A stretch of DNA of 64,000 bases from Octopus sinensis (taxonomy: Eukaryota): assembly GCF_006345805.1 (NCBI RefSeq), contig NC_043012.1, positions 16,306,001 to 16,370,000 of the forward strand, given 5' to 3'. The position numbers were made by a program, and so were the translations under genes. The notes beneath the pieces are model-generated. The model was not told the origin of the DNA. It was given only the letters and a program-made list of their open reading frames with translations, and made no database searches. Positions 26,601-39,334 of this stretch are shown piece by piece. Every line of letters begins with the position of its first letter. Position 1 is the stretch's first letter.

Positions 26601-27046
26601 TGCGTGTCCAGGGTGGCATTCCAATCCCCCACTAAAAGTAAAGGACGAGACGTTCCCATGAAAGACTCTAGACGTCGAAAGAAATCTGGTCGGCCTGTTA
26701 AGGACGGAGCATAAACTGCTATCAGTCGAAAAGCACACTCATTGCTGCCATCGACATCCAAAACGACCAGCCTACCCTCCGGGTCTAGGAAATTTGCTCT
26801 TACTTTGAGATCCAGACTCTTCCGGATAAGCACCGCGGTGCCACCTCCGCCCATTCTCGGTAGACACGGAGAAAAATAAATGTTGAAATGTGTACCGAAA
26901 ATGTGCTGGAGTGCCCGCAAGCTGTGGAGTCTGGTCTCACTGATGGCTATGATATTCAGATTTAGTGACTTGATGTCATTTAACAGGTAGCCTTGTTTCC
27001 AAGGCGACCCCAAGCCACGTACATTTATACTACCTATTCTGAGCAT
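23614..27046 (-). pseudogene. Tx1 ORF2: APE endonuclease, reverse transcriptase and C-terminal zinc knuckle (frameshifts near 24893 and 23870)
   Basis: INVRGL, ISETRL, AVYAP, VGDWN, YLDRVF, TDHK; KSPGLDG, FRPITLLN, LDQSKAFD, VRQGCPLS, AYADD; CPRCGQSDETVLHALVQC. Confidence 0.92.
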
Positions 27047-27088
27047 GTTCCGATAAAAGTGCAAAAAAGGAAAAGGAGAGAGAAAAGG

Positions 27089-29226
27089 TTACTTGTTCGA
27101 AAGTTCTTTGTCTTTCACCTCACGGTCTTCTTCTATGAGGCTTTTGTACAGTTTTTTTGATGAGTACTTTTGAAATCTCCCTACTGCATCAGGGTAAAGA
27201 GATTTCAGGGTGCTGTATGTGTTCTGTGTCACGTGTATTATTTTAATGTGTTGTGGTGGTGTTGTGTGTGGGTGGTTACTTGTTTTTATGTCGTTTTCAG
27301 TAATGTTAGTGTTTGACCTAATGTGTTCCATTAGGTCGTGGTTGTTTGTGTTTATGGCTGTCAACATTTTTGGGGGGTTTGATGATGGTGTGTTTGTGTT
27401 GATGTGTGTGTTTTCTGTGGATGTTTTTGTTTCGGGAGTGGTGTATCTTCCCGCTTTGTTTGTTATTTTTTCTTTTCTTTTTTTTCCCCTTTTTCTTCTC
27501 CCCCCTGTGGCTATTTGCCAATCTTCCGTGTCTTCTTCGTCTAATGACAGATCAGACGAATCGGAGTCTGGAAGAGGGAAAGTATTGGGGTCTATTGTCG
27601 ACTGTGTTGGTTTTGTTGTTGGTGTTGGTTGGTGAGCGTTTGGTTGTGGTGTATGCGGTTTTGGATGTGGGGTTTGGGTATTTTGTGTTTGAGTGATTGT
27701 GGGTATTGTTGTGTTGTTTAGGGTCTCAATTTTGTGGGGATTTGGAGTTGTAATTGTTTCTTCATTTTTGCTGGGTGTCTTTTTGGCAGATGTCCTTGGT
27801 TTGGGAGTTGGTATATTCTTGGTTGTTGTGTTGGTGATGCTGCTTCTGTTCTTGGTGCTGCAGTTGGTGTGGTTGTTTGTTTGGTGAGGTTTGTTCCTGC
27901 AAAAAGTGGTGTGGGTAGTAAACCTTGTTTATTTGTTTTTGTTTCCGGCTGCTGTTGTTGTTGCTGTTGTTTTCTTGCGGCAGATTTGCAGTCTTTTTTG
28001 AGATGTTGCTCACTGCCGCATATGTACAACGTGGTCTTCTGCCATCGACGACCACATATAACTTGTGGTCGTCTGATACACATATCTGGGTGGGTATTTT
28101 TTTTATATCTTCATGATGTATATGTAGAAGAAATTCTATTTTTTTCCCACCCAGTTTTTATGCTCTGTGACTGTGGTTTCCAAAATAGTATAATTCGCCA
28201 TTTTTACGCATAAGGCCTTTACAAGCCATAGACTATTGGCTATTTTGGGGACATTGTTTAGAGTGATCTTAGTCACTTTCTGTCCCCGATAGCTTGGTGT
28301 AAGTTGGAGTTCATCTGAGTGAAGAGTTAGCGTTGAGAAATGTCTAGCTAACTCTTCGGTGTAGAAAACGACTTGTATGTGGGCAAATTTGTTCCACCAG
28401 GTTACATATTCTTTGTGATCCCAGATGGGTTTCAAGCACTTCTCTATTTTGCTTGTGTTGGCCTTCTCTGGGATTTTTGTTTTTTTGTTAACTATTTTAT
28501 AAATGATTGTTCGTCTTTTTTCATTTTCCAAAATATCTTCTGGTATGTTAATTTTACTATACCTTCTGATTCTGTTATTTTGATGTTCGTGTCCTGTAAT
28601 GTTGAGCCGTAAAGTATATGTTGTTTTTTTTTCTTTAATCGCCTCAGCGAAATTTGTTGTTGTTTTGTTATTGTTGTTGCTTGTGGTGATGTTGTTGTTG
28701 GCTGCAGTTTGTAAAATTGGTGTGTTAGGTTCGATCGTGCAAGTAGGAAGGGGTGGAAAATTGCCTGCGTACTTTAGTCCTGCACTAGGGCAAAATTCGA
28801 CATTTCGTTTGCTTGTCGTCGTTATTTTTTCACTTGTTGGTGATGGAGTGAGCAGTGGTTGAAGGGAATTGTTGTTGGTCGTCGTTGTTGTTGTTGTTAT
28901 TGTCGTCTTGGTGACGGCGGTGGTGTTGGTAGTATTAGTAGCATTGACGGCACGGTCTTTGGTGACGGTGATGGTGATGTTATTGGTGGCGATATCTTTA
29001 GTAGGGATAGCAGTTTTAGTAGCAGATTCTGCCATGGTGTTGGTGGTGGTGGTGGACTCACTGATGGTGTTGACGGTGCTTGGCCTTGCGACCTTTGTTT
29101 TGTATTTGTTGCTGTTGGTGGTGGTGGTTGTTGTCAGGTTCGGCGTATGCTAACAGGGCATCTGTGTTTTTCTGTTTCTGCGTCACGCTTCACTTGCGAC
29201 TCAGCCTCGTGGTGGCCAGTGGCCAT
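27089..29226 (-). pseudogene. Tx1 ORF1 (T/N-rich N-terminus, single CCHC knuckle), frameshifted
   Basis: ATG at 29226 is homologous to the copy-4 start (AAAATGGC(C/A)ACT); GRRPRC/YICGSEQHLKKDC split by a 1-nt indel; stop 43 nt before the ORF2 ATG. Confidence 0.7.
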
Positions 29227-29448
29227 TTTGGAAATAAAATGGCTAAATGAAACCACGAAGGCTATGAGAATTTTTTCTTTTAAATTTTGCCCACAAGGGG
29301 CAAAATTTTGTGTCGATATTTATCAAAGGTTTACAGTGGATGTTGTTGTACAACTTTTAGGCAAAAAATGTTTGTCAATATACACTTTTAAATAGTCAAA
29401 ATAAATGATTACCTTCGGAGCCGAAAAGACATCACATCCGTCAGTCAG

Positions 29449-29450
29449 AG

Positions 29451-29499
<49 letters not shown>

Positions 29500-29544
29500 C
29501 ACAGACAGACAGACAGACAGGTAGATAGATAGATAGATAGATAT

Positions 29545-29578
<34 letters not shown>
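29449..29578. repeat. (GATA)n tract between Tx1 copies 1 and 2
   Basis: Direct reading. Confidence 0.95.
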
Positions 29579-29580
<2 letters not shown>

Positions 29581-30913
29581 GTTTCTTTATTGGCCACACA
29601 GGGCTGCACACAGATGGGACAAGTTACAAGGTAGAGCTTTTCTTTTGGGGGATGAAAAAAAGGGGGTGGCGTAGGTTTTCGATCAAGAGGGATCGTAGAA
29701 GGGAAGAAAAGAACAAAAACAAAAAAACAAAAAATTGAATAAAATAAAAGGAATAAAAAGAAAAAAAAGGAAAGGAAAAGGAACAAAAGGAAAGAGAAAT
29801 GAAAAAAGAAGAAAAAAGGGGGAAAAAAAGGAAAAGGAGAGGAAAAAAAGAACGATCAATAGGGATCGTGTATCACAGTGTTATGATATGGTGTAAAGGG
29901 GAAAGCAAGTAAGGTTTATCCGTGAAGAAAACCTACGAAAAAGACCACGGTAACCTTGGGCAATATTGTTATATGTTACCACATGTTGTGCAAGTGGGTA
30001 ACCCTCTGTTTTCAATTTCTGGGTTCATAGGATATGCTCAAGGTGCTTCGTCATTCATACGTGCCATCCTTGCTACATTCACCCATCTTTTTTTAAAACA
30101 TTCGCTAGACAAAACTTGCCTCTCTACTCTCACTTTCCTTTTCAAGTGGTACTTGAAGAAGTTGATGAGAGATTGACCAGAGAGGAAAGTGTTTGTCTCC
30201 AATCCTTTCAGACGCGTCCACCAGATACATTCTTTCGCCATAGCCACAAGGATGATGAAATAGCTCTTCCTTCCCGTTTGAAGGAAGGAGGCGTGACAAT
30301 ATTGACGATAACTCAGCTGATAAATCGACTCGTCCCACACGTGACAGCAGTTGTTCGACATAAGCCCACAGGTCGGAATTGTGGACACTGCACGAGTGCG
30401 TGCAGAACGGTTTCGTCGCTCTGACCGCATCTCGGGCAGGTCGGCCCCGTGTTTCTCGAGCCGTGTCTGTAGAGCTTATCCCGAACGGGTAGCGCTTCTC
30501 GGTAGCACTGCGAGGCCAGGGATCTCTGGAAGTTGTCCATGGGCCCTGGCCCGAAAGTCGTCCTGAACAGGCGGGTCAGGTACTCCTCGTCGACGTCCAG
30601 GTTCGCCCCGAGCTCGTCGTCGTACCTCCCCTCCACTAATCCCCTATAGAATGCTTTGGTTGTGTTGAAGTCACTCAAGGTCGACCCGGGACGGCAGAGT
30701 TGCTTGAGAGCAACGCGACACTCGCGGTGCCAATCGCCCTTCCTCGGCCTCTTTTTGATCCACGACTGCAATTCGGTCATGGAGACGAGCTGCGGGAAAG
30801 CGTGCCTCACAAACGGCGACCACACCTGTTCACCGTCGTCTACATAGAGCCAGAGATGTCGCAGTCTCAGCGCGTGTCTGCGCATCATCAACCACGGCAT
30901 GCCCAGCCCTCCT

Positions 30914-30914
<1 letters not shown>
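29579..30914 (-). mobile_element. Tx1 LINE copy 2, 5'-truncated (~1.3 kb)
   Basis: ORF2 C-terminus MPWLMMRRHALRLRH...CPRCGQSDETVLHALVQC plus 3' UTR; truncation point abuts (GATA)n. Confidence 0.92.
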
Positions 30915-30945
<31 letters not shown>

Positions 30946-30946
30946 C

Positions 30947-31014
<68 letters not shown>
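30915..31014. repeat. (GATA)n tract at the 5' junction of Tx1 copy 2
   Basis: Direct reading. Confidence 0.95.
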
Positions 31015-33483
31015 GCGTGCTGAAGAGTAGCTGGCTTTGGTTAAAAAATAGAGGACAATCAGCTGATTATGATTTTGTTCAACATCTGTTATACTCACAC
31101 ACTTGTTGCAGCGGTCCATTCTCTCTCTCTTTCTACTTATCTCTCCCCCTCTTTCTCTCCTTAAGTAAACGATTGACACTAGATTTCCTGCTACTCTCTG
31201 TTAGAGGTGACCCACTAATATCATTTCTTACGACTATACACCTCTCCTGCCTCTCTCGTTACCGCCCCCAACAACCCTTCTTTTCATTCTACCGCCTCCT
31301 CTTTCTACTTCTCTTACTCCTCTCTCTGTTTTAATCAGTTTTATGGGCTCACTGTTTTATTCTATCCTTCATCTTGTTTACATTTAGGGACTCGTCTAGA
31401 TTAATCTTTGGGTTTTGTATATAAATTAACAGAGTGTATAATTTCAAGGATATTCACTTTTGACTCTATGTTTGCGTCGATCTATAATTAAAGGTGTTCC
31501 AGCTGTGACCATTCCACTTTTTGTATGTCAGTGATTATATTCTCTAATGTAACTTAACATTTTTATCTCTTCGCCGGGAAAGAGATCAGCGCCATTGATC
31601 TTTACCCGCTTATTCTGATTTTCTGCAACAAAATTTCGGTTATATCTCATTCAGTAGAAAGAACACTTATAGTTATTTAGCCACTGCTTATCACTCTACA
31701 TGCTACAGAATATTGGGTATTTTGTTTCATGGGGAGATAATACAAAAGGAGACAAAAGCAAAAACAAAAAAAACATAAACAAATAAATAAATAAGCATTT
31801 ACGCGTCACTTAAAACCATTTGGCATTGCACGTTTGCGGAAGGCATTGACATTATAACCTTTTAGGTTTAGCTTATTTTGAGATACAAGAACATTTCCAT
31901 TTATTTACAAAGTACAACGAGGTATTTATGGATATAGGAACAGCGTGTGTATTCCACTCAAACAATATTCGTTGGAAATATATTTCCTTATCCATTCGTC
32001 CATTACAGTTTAATTTTACAAGTTTCAGCCGACCACAAAACCTGCTGCAGAAACAATTATATCTTATTTTTCTTGTCTTTCTTTCACATACCTTCACTAC
32101 ATTCATGGAGGTTTATTTAATTATTTATTGTTTTACGTTATCTATTGGCAGTAAATTCTCTTTTTTCCGTCCTCGTTTTCCTGTTACATCTATTACTGTT
32201 CGCCAAATAAACTAATCTACATACAAAATTCTTGTTTTATTTTAGGCAGTTCAATTAAACATCTGCGCCAAGTATGAAGGGAAAAGACTCCACCTCGAAT
32301 ATTTTTTCTCAAAACAGAAATGTTTGTACATAGATTCATTTCCTGGTTCTTCTGTTTCACCGAAATATATTTTCAACATGTCTTTTCTCAAAATGCTGAA
32401 TATTTTCGTGTTTACTTTTTCACGAAAAAAGTCAGTTTCTTTATTGTATAGTTGATTACCTATTGCACGGTTTATTTATGTCTACACACTCCCTGTCTCT
32501 CTCTCTCTCTCGTTCTCTCTGTCCCTCTCTTTCACTCTGTCTGTCTCTTCCTCTCTTACTCTTTTTCTCTTTCTCTCTATCTCTCTCTCTCTCTGTCTCT
32601 CTGACAGATGGATAGATACTAGAGAATATGTAGATAGATATGTTACGTCAAAATGTTATTAATAGTTATCCTCCCAACATGCTATCAATTATCATGCAAG
32701 ATACAGAGATGTCTAAGACACATGCCAGAACCCTTCTGGTTATATTTGTACTTATTTGAAGATTTTACTTTACTCCAAAATGCTTCATTAGCCTTCAGTT
32801 CGTTTACATTCTCTTTATACAACTGCCGTCTATTCTTTTGGTAATTCCTTTCACTGCTCTTTCTTCATTTTTCTTGTACGCTTCTATATTACTTTCTAAT
32901 TCCTATTTCTGTTTCTCATCTTTTGTTTAGTGTTGAATTGTTTCATTTGTTTTAATTTTTGTCTTCGTATTCTCTCGAACTCTGTAATAATTAGTTATTC
33001 AGCTCTCGAAACATAAATATATCTAATTGGGAGGAATTCAATCGGAATATCCTTTACGAATGTAAAATCCTCCAGGGTTTTTGTTTCATGCAAATAGTCT
33101 GTTTTTCTAAAGGTGAAAAACAGTTGACTACATTCATTAAATAGAATCGAATATTCATCAGAATTCACTATTGCTTTGTCATTTTAACTTCATACTGTTT
33201 TTGGTGAAATTTTAATTACTAATACTGGTTTCAAATTTTTCCCCAAGGTTAGCAACTAGGGATGGAGTAAGTCGCCTACGTCGACACAAGTGCTTAACTG
33301 CAGCTTATTTTATCGACCCCGAATGCATGAAAGGCAAGGTCGATGCATTTAATTATATAATATATATATGTATATATATATATATATATAGATATATATA
33401 TATATATATTATATATATATATAGACATATACATATACATATACATATATATATATATATAATATATATATATAATAATTATG

Positions 33484-33551
<68 letters not shown>

Positions 33552-33633
33552 TATATATAAAATATTAGGGAATAAATCCAAATTTACAGGAAAATCAGAT
33601 TTAGGATTGAATCCAATTTTATAGTAAAATATT

Positions 33634-33862
33634 ATATTATATTAAATTAGAGACAAAACCACTATTAGGCAAATCAAACAATGAAAGACTTAAGCCAATA
33701 CATATGATTAATTTATATTATTTAAATATGTTAAAATATAAAAAATATAATTAATTATATTTTTTAATATTTAAATAATATAAATTAATCATATGTATTG
33801 GCTTAAGTCTTTCGTTGTTCGATTTGCCTAATAGTGGTTTTGTCTCTAATTTAATATAATAT
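33634..33862. repeat. ~229-bp near-perfect palindrome
   Basis: ATATTATATTAAATTAGAGACAAAACCACTATTAGGCAAATC... mirrored by ...GATTTGCCTAATAGTGGTTTTGTCTCTAATTTAATATAATAT, centre ATAATTAATTAT. Confidence 0.9.
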
Positions 33863-34228
33863 GTGGCTGTGTGGTAAGTAGCTTGCTAACCAACCACACG
33901 GTTGCGGGTTCAGTCCCACTGCGTGGCATCTTGGGCAAGTGTCTTCTACTATAGCCCCGGGCCGACCAATGCCTTGTGAGTGGATTTGGTAGACGGAAAC
34001 TGAAAGAAGCCTGTCGTATATATGTATATTATGTATATGTGTGTGTTTGTGTGTCTGTGTTTGTGTTTGTCCCCCTAGCATTGCTTGACAACCGATGCTG
34101 GTGTGTTTACTTCCCCGTCACTTAGCGGTTCGGCAAAAAGAGACCGATAGAATAAGTACTAAAAGGTGGTGCTCCAGCATGGCCGCAGTCAAATGACTGA
34201 AACAAGTAAAAGAGTAAAGAGTAAAAAA
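33863..34228 (+). mobile_element. SINE family A
   Basis: Starts immediately after the palindrome; internal deletion. Confidence 0.9.
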
Positions 34229-34242
34229 GTATTATATATTAT

Positions 34243-34274
<32 letters not shown>

Positions 34275-34333
34275 ATATATATATATATATATAATATATA
34301 TATATATTATATATATATCTATATTATATACAT

Positions 34334-34414
<81 letters not shown>

Positions 34415-34889
34415 TAATATAGAAGTAATACTCATCGCCACTGAAATTGGTTGTCCCGTAGGAACGGCAATACTGCTATTTTGCCCTAGGAAGACACCGC
34501 CTCCAGATGGATATTCGATCCCATCAATCTACATTATATGTTGTTACTATTACTCATTGCTAATTAATTCGTGAAATGGTGATGTTCTTGTTTGTGTGCT
34601 AAATTCCAGAAGATTTGTACGAGAATAGAATTATAGAAAATCAATTACTTCTCCGGTAAACATCTAATCTATTTCCTCTACATATGCAGTAAAGAACTAA
34701 AGAAATACGGAGAAATGTGCCATTTTTCTAAATCTATGTTTAATAACTTCTCACCACAATTCTTGTTATGTGCACGTTATCCTAGAATACTCTTTTTTTT
34801 TTGTTTTTACACGTGAGTGCTTCCGCTAAAATGCACGAGACACCGCGATGCCCGCTTTCTGTATTTTAATATAGAAAAATACATTATTA

Positions 34890-35260
34890 TAAATGCCACA
34901 AGAATCGACTCTGCATTTCATCCTTTCGGGGTCGATAGAATAAGTACCACTTAAACACTGGAGTTGATGTAATCGTCTTACCCGCTCTTTCGAAATTGCT
35001 GGACTTGTGCCAAAATTTGAACCCAATGTTTAGGGAATGAACGTTGGAGACCTGGCGAAATCGTTAACACTTCAGGCAAAATATTTAGCGGTGTTTGGTA
35101 CATCCTTACGTTCTGAGTTCAAACTTCGTTGAGGTCGACTTTACATTTTAGTTATTTTACGCTCTATAAGATAAGTATCAGTCAAGCACTGGGGTCGATG
35201 TGATCGACTAACGGTCCTCCATCCCGCCAACTTGCTGGCCTTGTGCCAAAGTTTGAAAGA
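34890..35260 (+). mobile_element. Two diverged SINE family B-related copies in tandem
   Basis: TTTCATCCTTTCGGGGTCGATAGAATAAGTACC and GTTCTGAGTTCAAAC...GAGGTCGAC; both end in CTTGTGCCAAA(A/G)TTTGAA. Confidence 0.65.
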
Positions 35261-36134
35261 AAAAATTGTGGAATGTGATCATTATCTCATTCAATGAGAT
35301 AATGATCCAGTGATGCATATACAAAGGCCTGTATATGTATGTATGTATATATACATACATATAGGCACACATCGATGCATACTAACACACACACACACAT
35401 ATATATATATATAAAAGTGTGTTGCACGTATGCTTATATACTCACGCTTTTATAGGTACACTTGTAAATATGTGTGATCATAAGAACAAATCCTCAAATA
35501 TTCATACATGTATACATGTGTATGAGCACGGAAGCGTGCGTGTATACTTATGCATACATGTTTGTGTGCGCGTTTGATTTGTACTAACGTGCTGACGGTG
35601 GTGTAAAATATGTCTGTGAATATATATAAAATATGCAGATACATAATAATGCATGTTCGCATGTGTTACCCAACGTTTATTTTCTTAACTATGCATAATG
35701 AATATAGAGGCATGCCTGCATTAATGCAAAACACGTAAACCAAGATGTTCTGTAATGTTCCTGGTTGATTTATAAGTACATTTATTATCTTTTCATTATA
35801 GTTGTTTACTTTAAACACGAATAGTTGTGAAAATATATTTATAAGCCTACCTTGTTACCTGAGATGCATATAATAATTTTTGATTACAAATATACATATA
35901 ATTATGTCTCTTTTTCTCAAATGTGTCTACATCTTGGCTACTTAAGTCTTATACACTATATTTTAACAATCAGATATGACACACGTGCGTGGCAATGGCT
36001 ATTTCTCATAAAAAGTGAAACCTTTACGGAATTTTTAGTATTAAATAAATGTTTGCAAAAAAAAATTGGTTATGCTAATTTATTTAAGATAATATCAAAT
36101 AGCATGCAAAAGAAACTGTGCAATTTCATTATTT

Positions 36135-36147
36135 CCCTCTCTCTCTC

Positions 36148-36230
<83 letters not shown>
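36135..36230. repeat. (CT)n microsatellite
   Basis: Direct reading. Confidence 0.95.
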
Positions 36231-36231
<1 letters not shown>

Positions 36232-36878
36232 CCTCTTCTGTTTTTCCTTTTTCTATGCATACATCAAACACACACACACATGTTATATTCTAGGGATCAC
36301 GACAGCCGTGGTAATTATTTGGCCTATTTGGCCGAAAGGGTACTCAATACATGTACCATTGATAGTTTCATTATATCAACTAATCAATAGAAGAAGGAAT
36401 GCAATATTACGTAGGTAAGAAGTTCTTTGTAAATCTGCTGTATTAGCAACATTTGTTGTATAAGTAACGCGGTGTAAGTACGGTAAAATGAATACAAACA
36501 GAGTGTGGCTTTTGTTAAGATTTTGTAACGTTCGTTTCGACAGCATAGCTATATATTTAGTCATGATGCATTAGATTATACGAATTATATAACCAAATCA
36601 CGTTCTGAGAGATTTTCACCAGTTGACAGGCTAGAGTAATCTGCAATGAGTCTAATTCGAACTTGGAGAAGTTTGAACTAAAGGCAAAGTTTGAACTAAA
36701 GGCAAAGTTTGGTTAAGTCAAACTACGAAATTTGTAAATTGCCATGGTTTCGAAATGTGCGTAGCATAATTTGGTCAAAACTACATGCTATTCAAATTTT
36801 TCACACATACATATATACATACACACTCACATTCACACACAAAAACACGCACAATCATAAACATACACACACACATAC

Positions 36879-36879
<1 letters not shown>

Positions 36880-36911
<32 letters not shown>

Positions 36912-36997
36912 TGTATGTATGTATGTATGTATGTATGTATGTGTGTGTGTATGTATGTATGTATGTATGTATGTATGTGTGTATGTATGTATGTATG
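36880..36997. repeat. (TATG)n microsatellite
   Basis: Direct reading. Confidence 0.95.
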
Positions 36998-37118
36998 CAA
37001 GTGGATTGCATGTAAACGTGCATATGTGGGCCACATGATTTTTGTTTTATCTTTATTCTACTTTGTGCTAGTCATCACAGTTGTGATAATGCTAGAACGC
37101 GTTTGTATATGCATAAAA

Positions 37119-37218
37119 NNNNNNNNNNNNNNNNNNNNNNNNNNNNNNNNNNNNNNNNNNNNNNNNNNNNNNNNNNNNNNNNNNNNNNNNNNNNNNNNNN
37201 NNNNNNNNNNNNNNNNNN
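37119..37218. other. Assembly gap (100 N)
   Basis: Run of N; contiguity across it is not guaranteed. Confidence 0.99.
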
Positions 37219-37679
37219 CTCCTCTCCTCCTTCTTCTTCTCCTTCTTCTTCTTCTACTACGACTACACAACTACTCTTCCCGCTTTCATCTCCTCCTTCT
37301 CTGTCTTCTTCTTCCTTCTTTCTCTCTTTACCTCCTCTTTCAGCTCCTCCACCTCCTCCTTCTCCTTCCACCTAATTCTGTTCACCTTTTTTGCGCTTCA
37401 TCTTCCTCTTCCTCCAGTAATTCTTTCTCCATTTCACTATTCACAGAGAAAGGATTATGGCCTTGATATGCACTCCTTTGTGGCCATGGGCACTTCACGC
37501 AGTCGATTCAGAAACTGGCTGAGAACTGTCTCCCTCACTCCAGATACTTTACCGAAATTCGATGCACTGGAATAAGAAAGTCTACCTAACGCAGCTTACT
37601 CCGTGACCTCTCTTCCACCAACTATCACCCACCGACTATCACCTTTTCGCCGGCAAAAATTCCTGTATGAAAAGGTCTT

Positions 37680-38385
37680 TTCACAACCACGTAGTTTCGG
37701 GTTAATTTCCACTGTGCAGCATCTATGCCTTCTACTAAAGCTCCATCCCGGCCGGTGCCTCGTGAGTGAATTTGGTAGGCGAAAACTGTGTGGAAGACTG
37801 TCGTATACATGGGTGGTTGTGTGTGCGTGTATGTGTCTGTGTGTGTTTCTTTGTGTCAGGGTTTATCCTTTACCCACCACTAGACAACCGTTGTTGGTTC
37901 GTTTACGTCACCGTAACTTAGTGGTTCAATCATTGAAGTCGATATCATTAGGACCAGACTTAAGTACTGTGATTGATTTTTTTTCGATTAAAACCATTCT
38001 TCTTTTTTTTCTTCTTCTTCTTCTTCTTCTTCTTCTTCTTCTTCTCTTCTTCTTCTTCTTCTTCTTCTTCTGCTTCTTCTGCTTCTTCTGCTTCTTCTTC
38101 TTCCTCTTCTCCTCCTTCTCCTCCTCCTCTTCTGCCTTCTTATTCTTATTCTTCTGCACCTCCTCTTTCATCTCCTCCCTCCTCTGCCTTTTCTTCTTCT
38201 TCACTAGACAACCGGTGTTGGTTCGTTTACCTCACCGTCACTTAGTGGTTCAATCATAGAAGTCGATATCATAAGGACTAGACTTAAGTACTGTGGTCGA
38301 TTTTTTTTTCCGACTAAAACCCTTCAAGGCGGTGCGCCAGAATGTCTCTAATCCAGTGGCTGAAACAAAAGATAAAAAAAAATAA
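37680..38385 (+). mobile_element. Diverged SINE family A-like copy with an internal ~120-bp duplication around a (CTT)n tract
   Basis: ACTAGACAACCG...GACTTAAGTACTGTG...TAAAACC occurs at ~37875-37995 and ~38200-38325. Confidence 0.7.
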
Positions 38386-38494
38386 AAAAGAGACAAGAAA
38401 TAGCTCAACTTTTGTTACTATATGTTGGTTTCCTTAAAACCGCCATGTTTGTTGTTGATTTATTTTTATCCATTTCCTAGTTATTTATACCATT

Positions 38495-38886
38495 TACTCT
38501 TTTACTCTTTTACTTGTTTCAGTCATTTGACTGCGGCCATGCTGGAGCACCGCCTTTAGTCGAGCAAATCGACCCCGGGACTTATTCTTTGTAAGCCCAG
38601 TACTTATTATATCGGTCTCTTTTGCCGAACCACTAAGTGACGGGGACGTAAACACACCAGCATCGGTTGTCAAGCAATGCTAGGGGAACAAACACACACA
38701 CACACACACATATATATATACATATATACGACAGGATTCTTTCAGTTTCCGTCTACCAAATCCACTCACAAGGCATTGGTCGGCCCGGGACTATAGCAGA
38801 AGACACTTGCCCGAGATGCCACGCAGTGGGACTGAACTCGGAACCATGTGGTTGGTTAGCAAGCTACTTAACACACAGCCACTCCT
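38495..38886 (-). mobile_element. SINE family A
   Basis: Full-length copy. Confidence 0.9.
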
Positions 38887-38913
38887 GGTTCAATATTTGT
38901 CAGTTTTGAGTTT

Positions 38914-39100
38914 ACAGTTCTATATTTAAGAGATGAGAATTATGTACATTATTTACATTATTTACATTCAACGGATATTAGTCCTCATCTTGTTTGTTGT
39001 TAACACAACGTTTCGGTTGATATACCCTCTAGCCATCTTCAGGTGTCTTGGGAAAATTTCGAACCCAGGTTCGAAATTTCCCCGTCGAATGTAAATAATA
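38914..39100 (-). mobile_element. Hammerhead-containing short repeat (same family as 62.5-62.8 kb) with an inverted partial copy at its 5' end
   Basis: Reverse complement matches 62630-62776; hairpin GGGAAAATTTCGAACC-CAG-GTTCGAAATTTCCCC at 39050-39083. Confidence 0.75.
39002..39047 (-). ncRNA. Minimal type-I hammerhead ribozyme motif
   Basis: GACAC-CTGAAGA-TGGCT...AACC-GAAAC-GT-T-GTGTT; stem II has one mismatch. Confidence 0.6.
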
Positions 39101-39334
39101 TAAATAAGTTTTGAGTTTGTTTTACAAGAATCTTGATCTAAAGTCGTGTGTTGCCTTCAGTTGTGTAATTATCTTTGCATCCATCCATTGCGGTTCCATC
39201 CATTCTGGATATCGGTTATTTGCTTCCTTTTTTGGATTGCTTTCTTGTTTGGGTTTTTTCCATCTTTTATAACACTGGTTTCAAATTTTGGCACACGGCC
39301 AGCATTTTCGGGTGAGAAGGGCTAAGTCGATTCC

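Larger units (their letters stand above)
23311..29448 (-). mobile_element. L1/Tx1-clade LINE copy 1, full length (~6.1 kb)
   Basis: 5' UTR, ORF1 with CCHC knuckle, ORF2 with APE, RT and CCHC, pyrimidine-rich 3' UTR; (GATA)n on both sides. Confidence 0.92.

Noticed and set aside
27210-29395. + strand hydrophobic ORFs (and - strand ORFs at 42825-44623)
   Set aside because: Antisense shadows of the A/C-rich Tx1 ORF1
31350-33200. Possible decayed L1-type APE/RT on the - strand (DIIFLQ-like words near 32060)
   Set aside because: Requires several assumed frameshifts; too weak to list as a feature
37103-37466. ORFs spanning the N run
   Set aside because: Artefacts of the assembly gap and the adjacent (CTT/CCT)n tract
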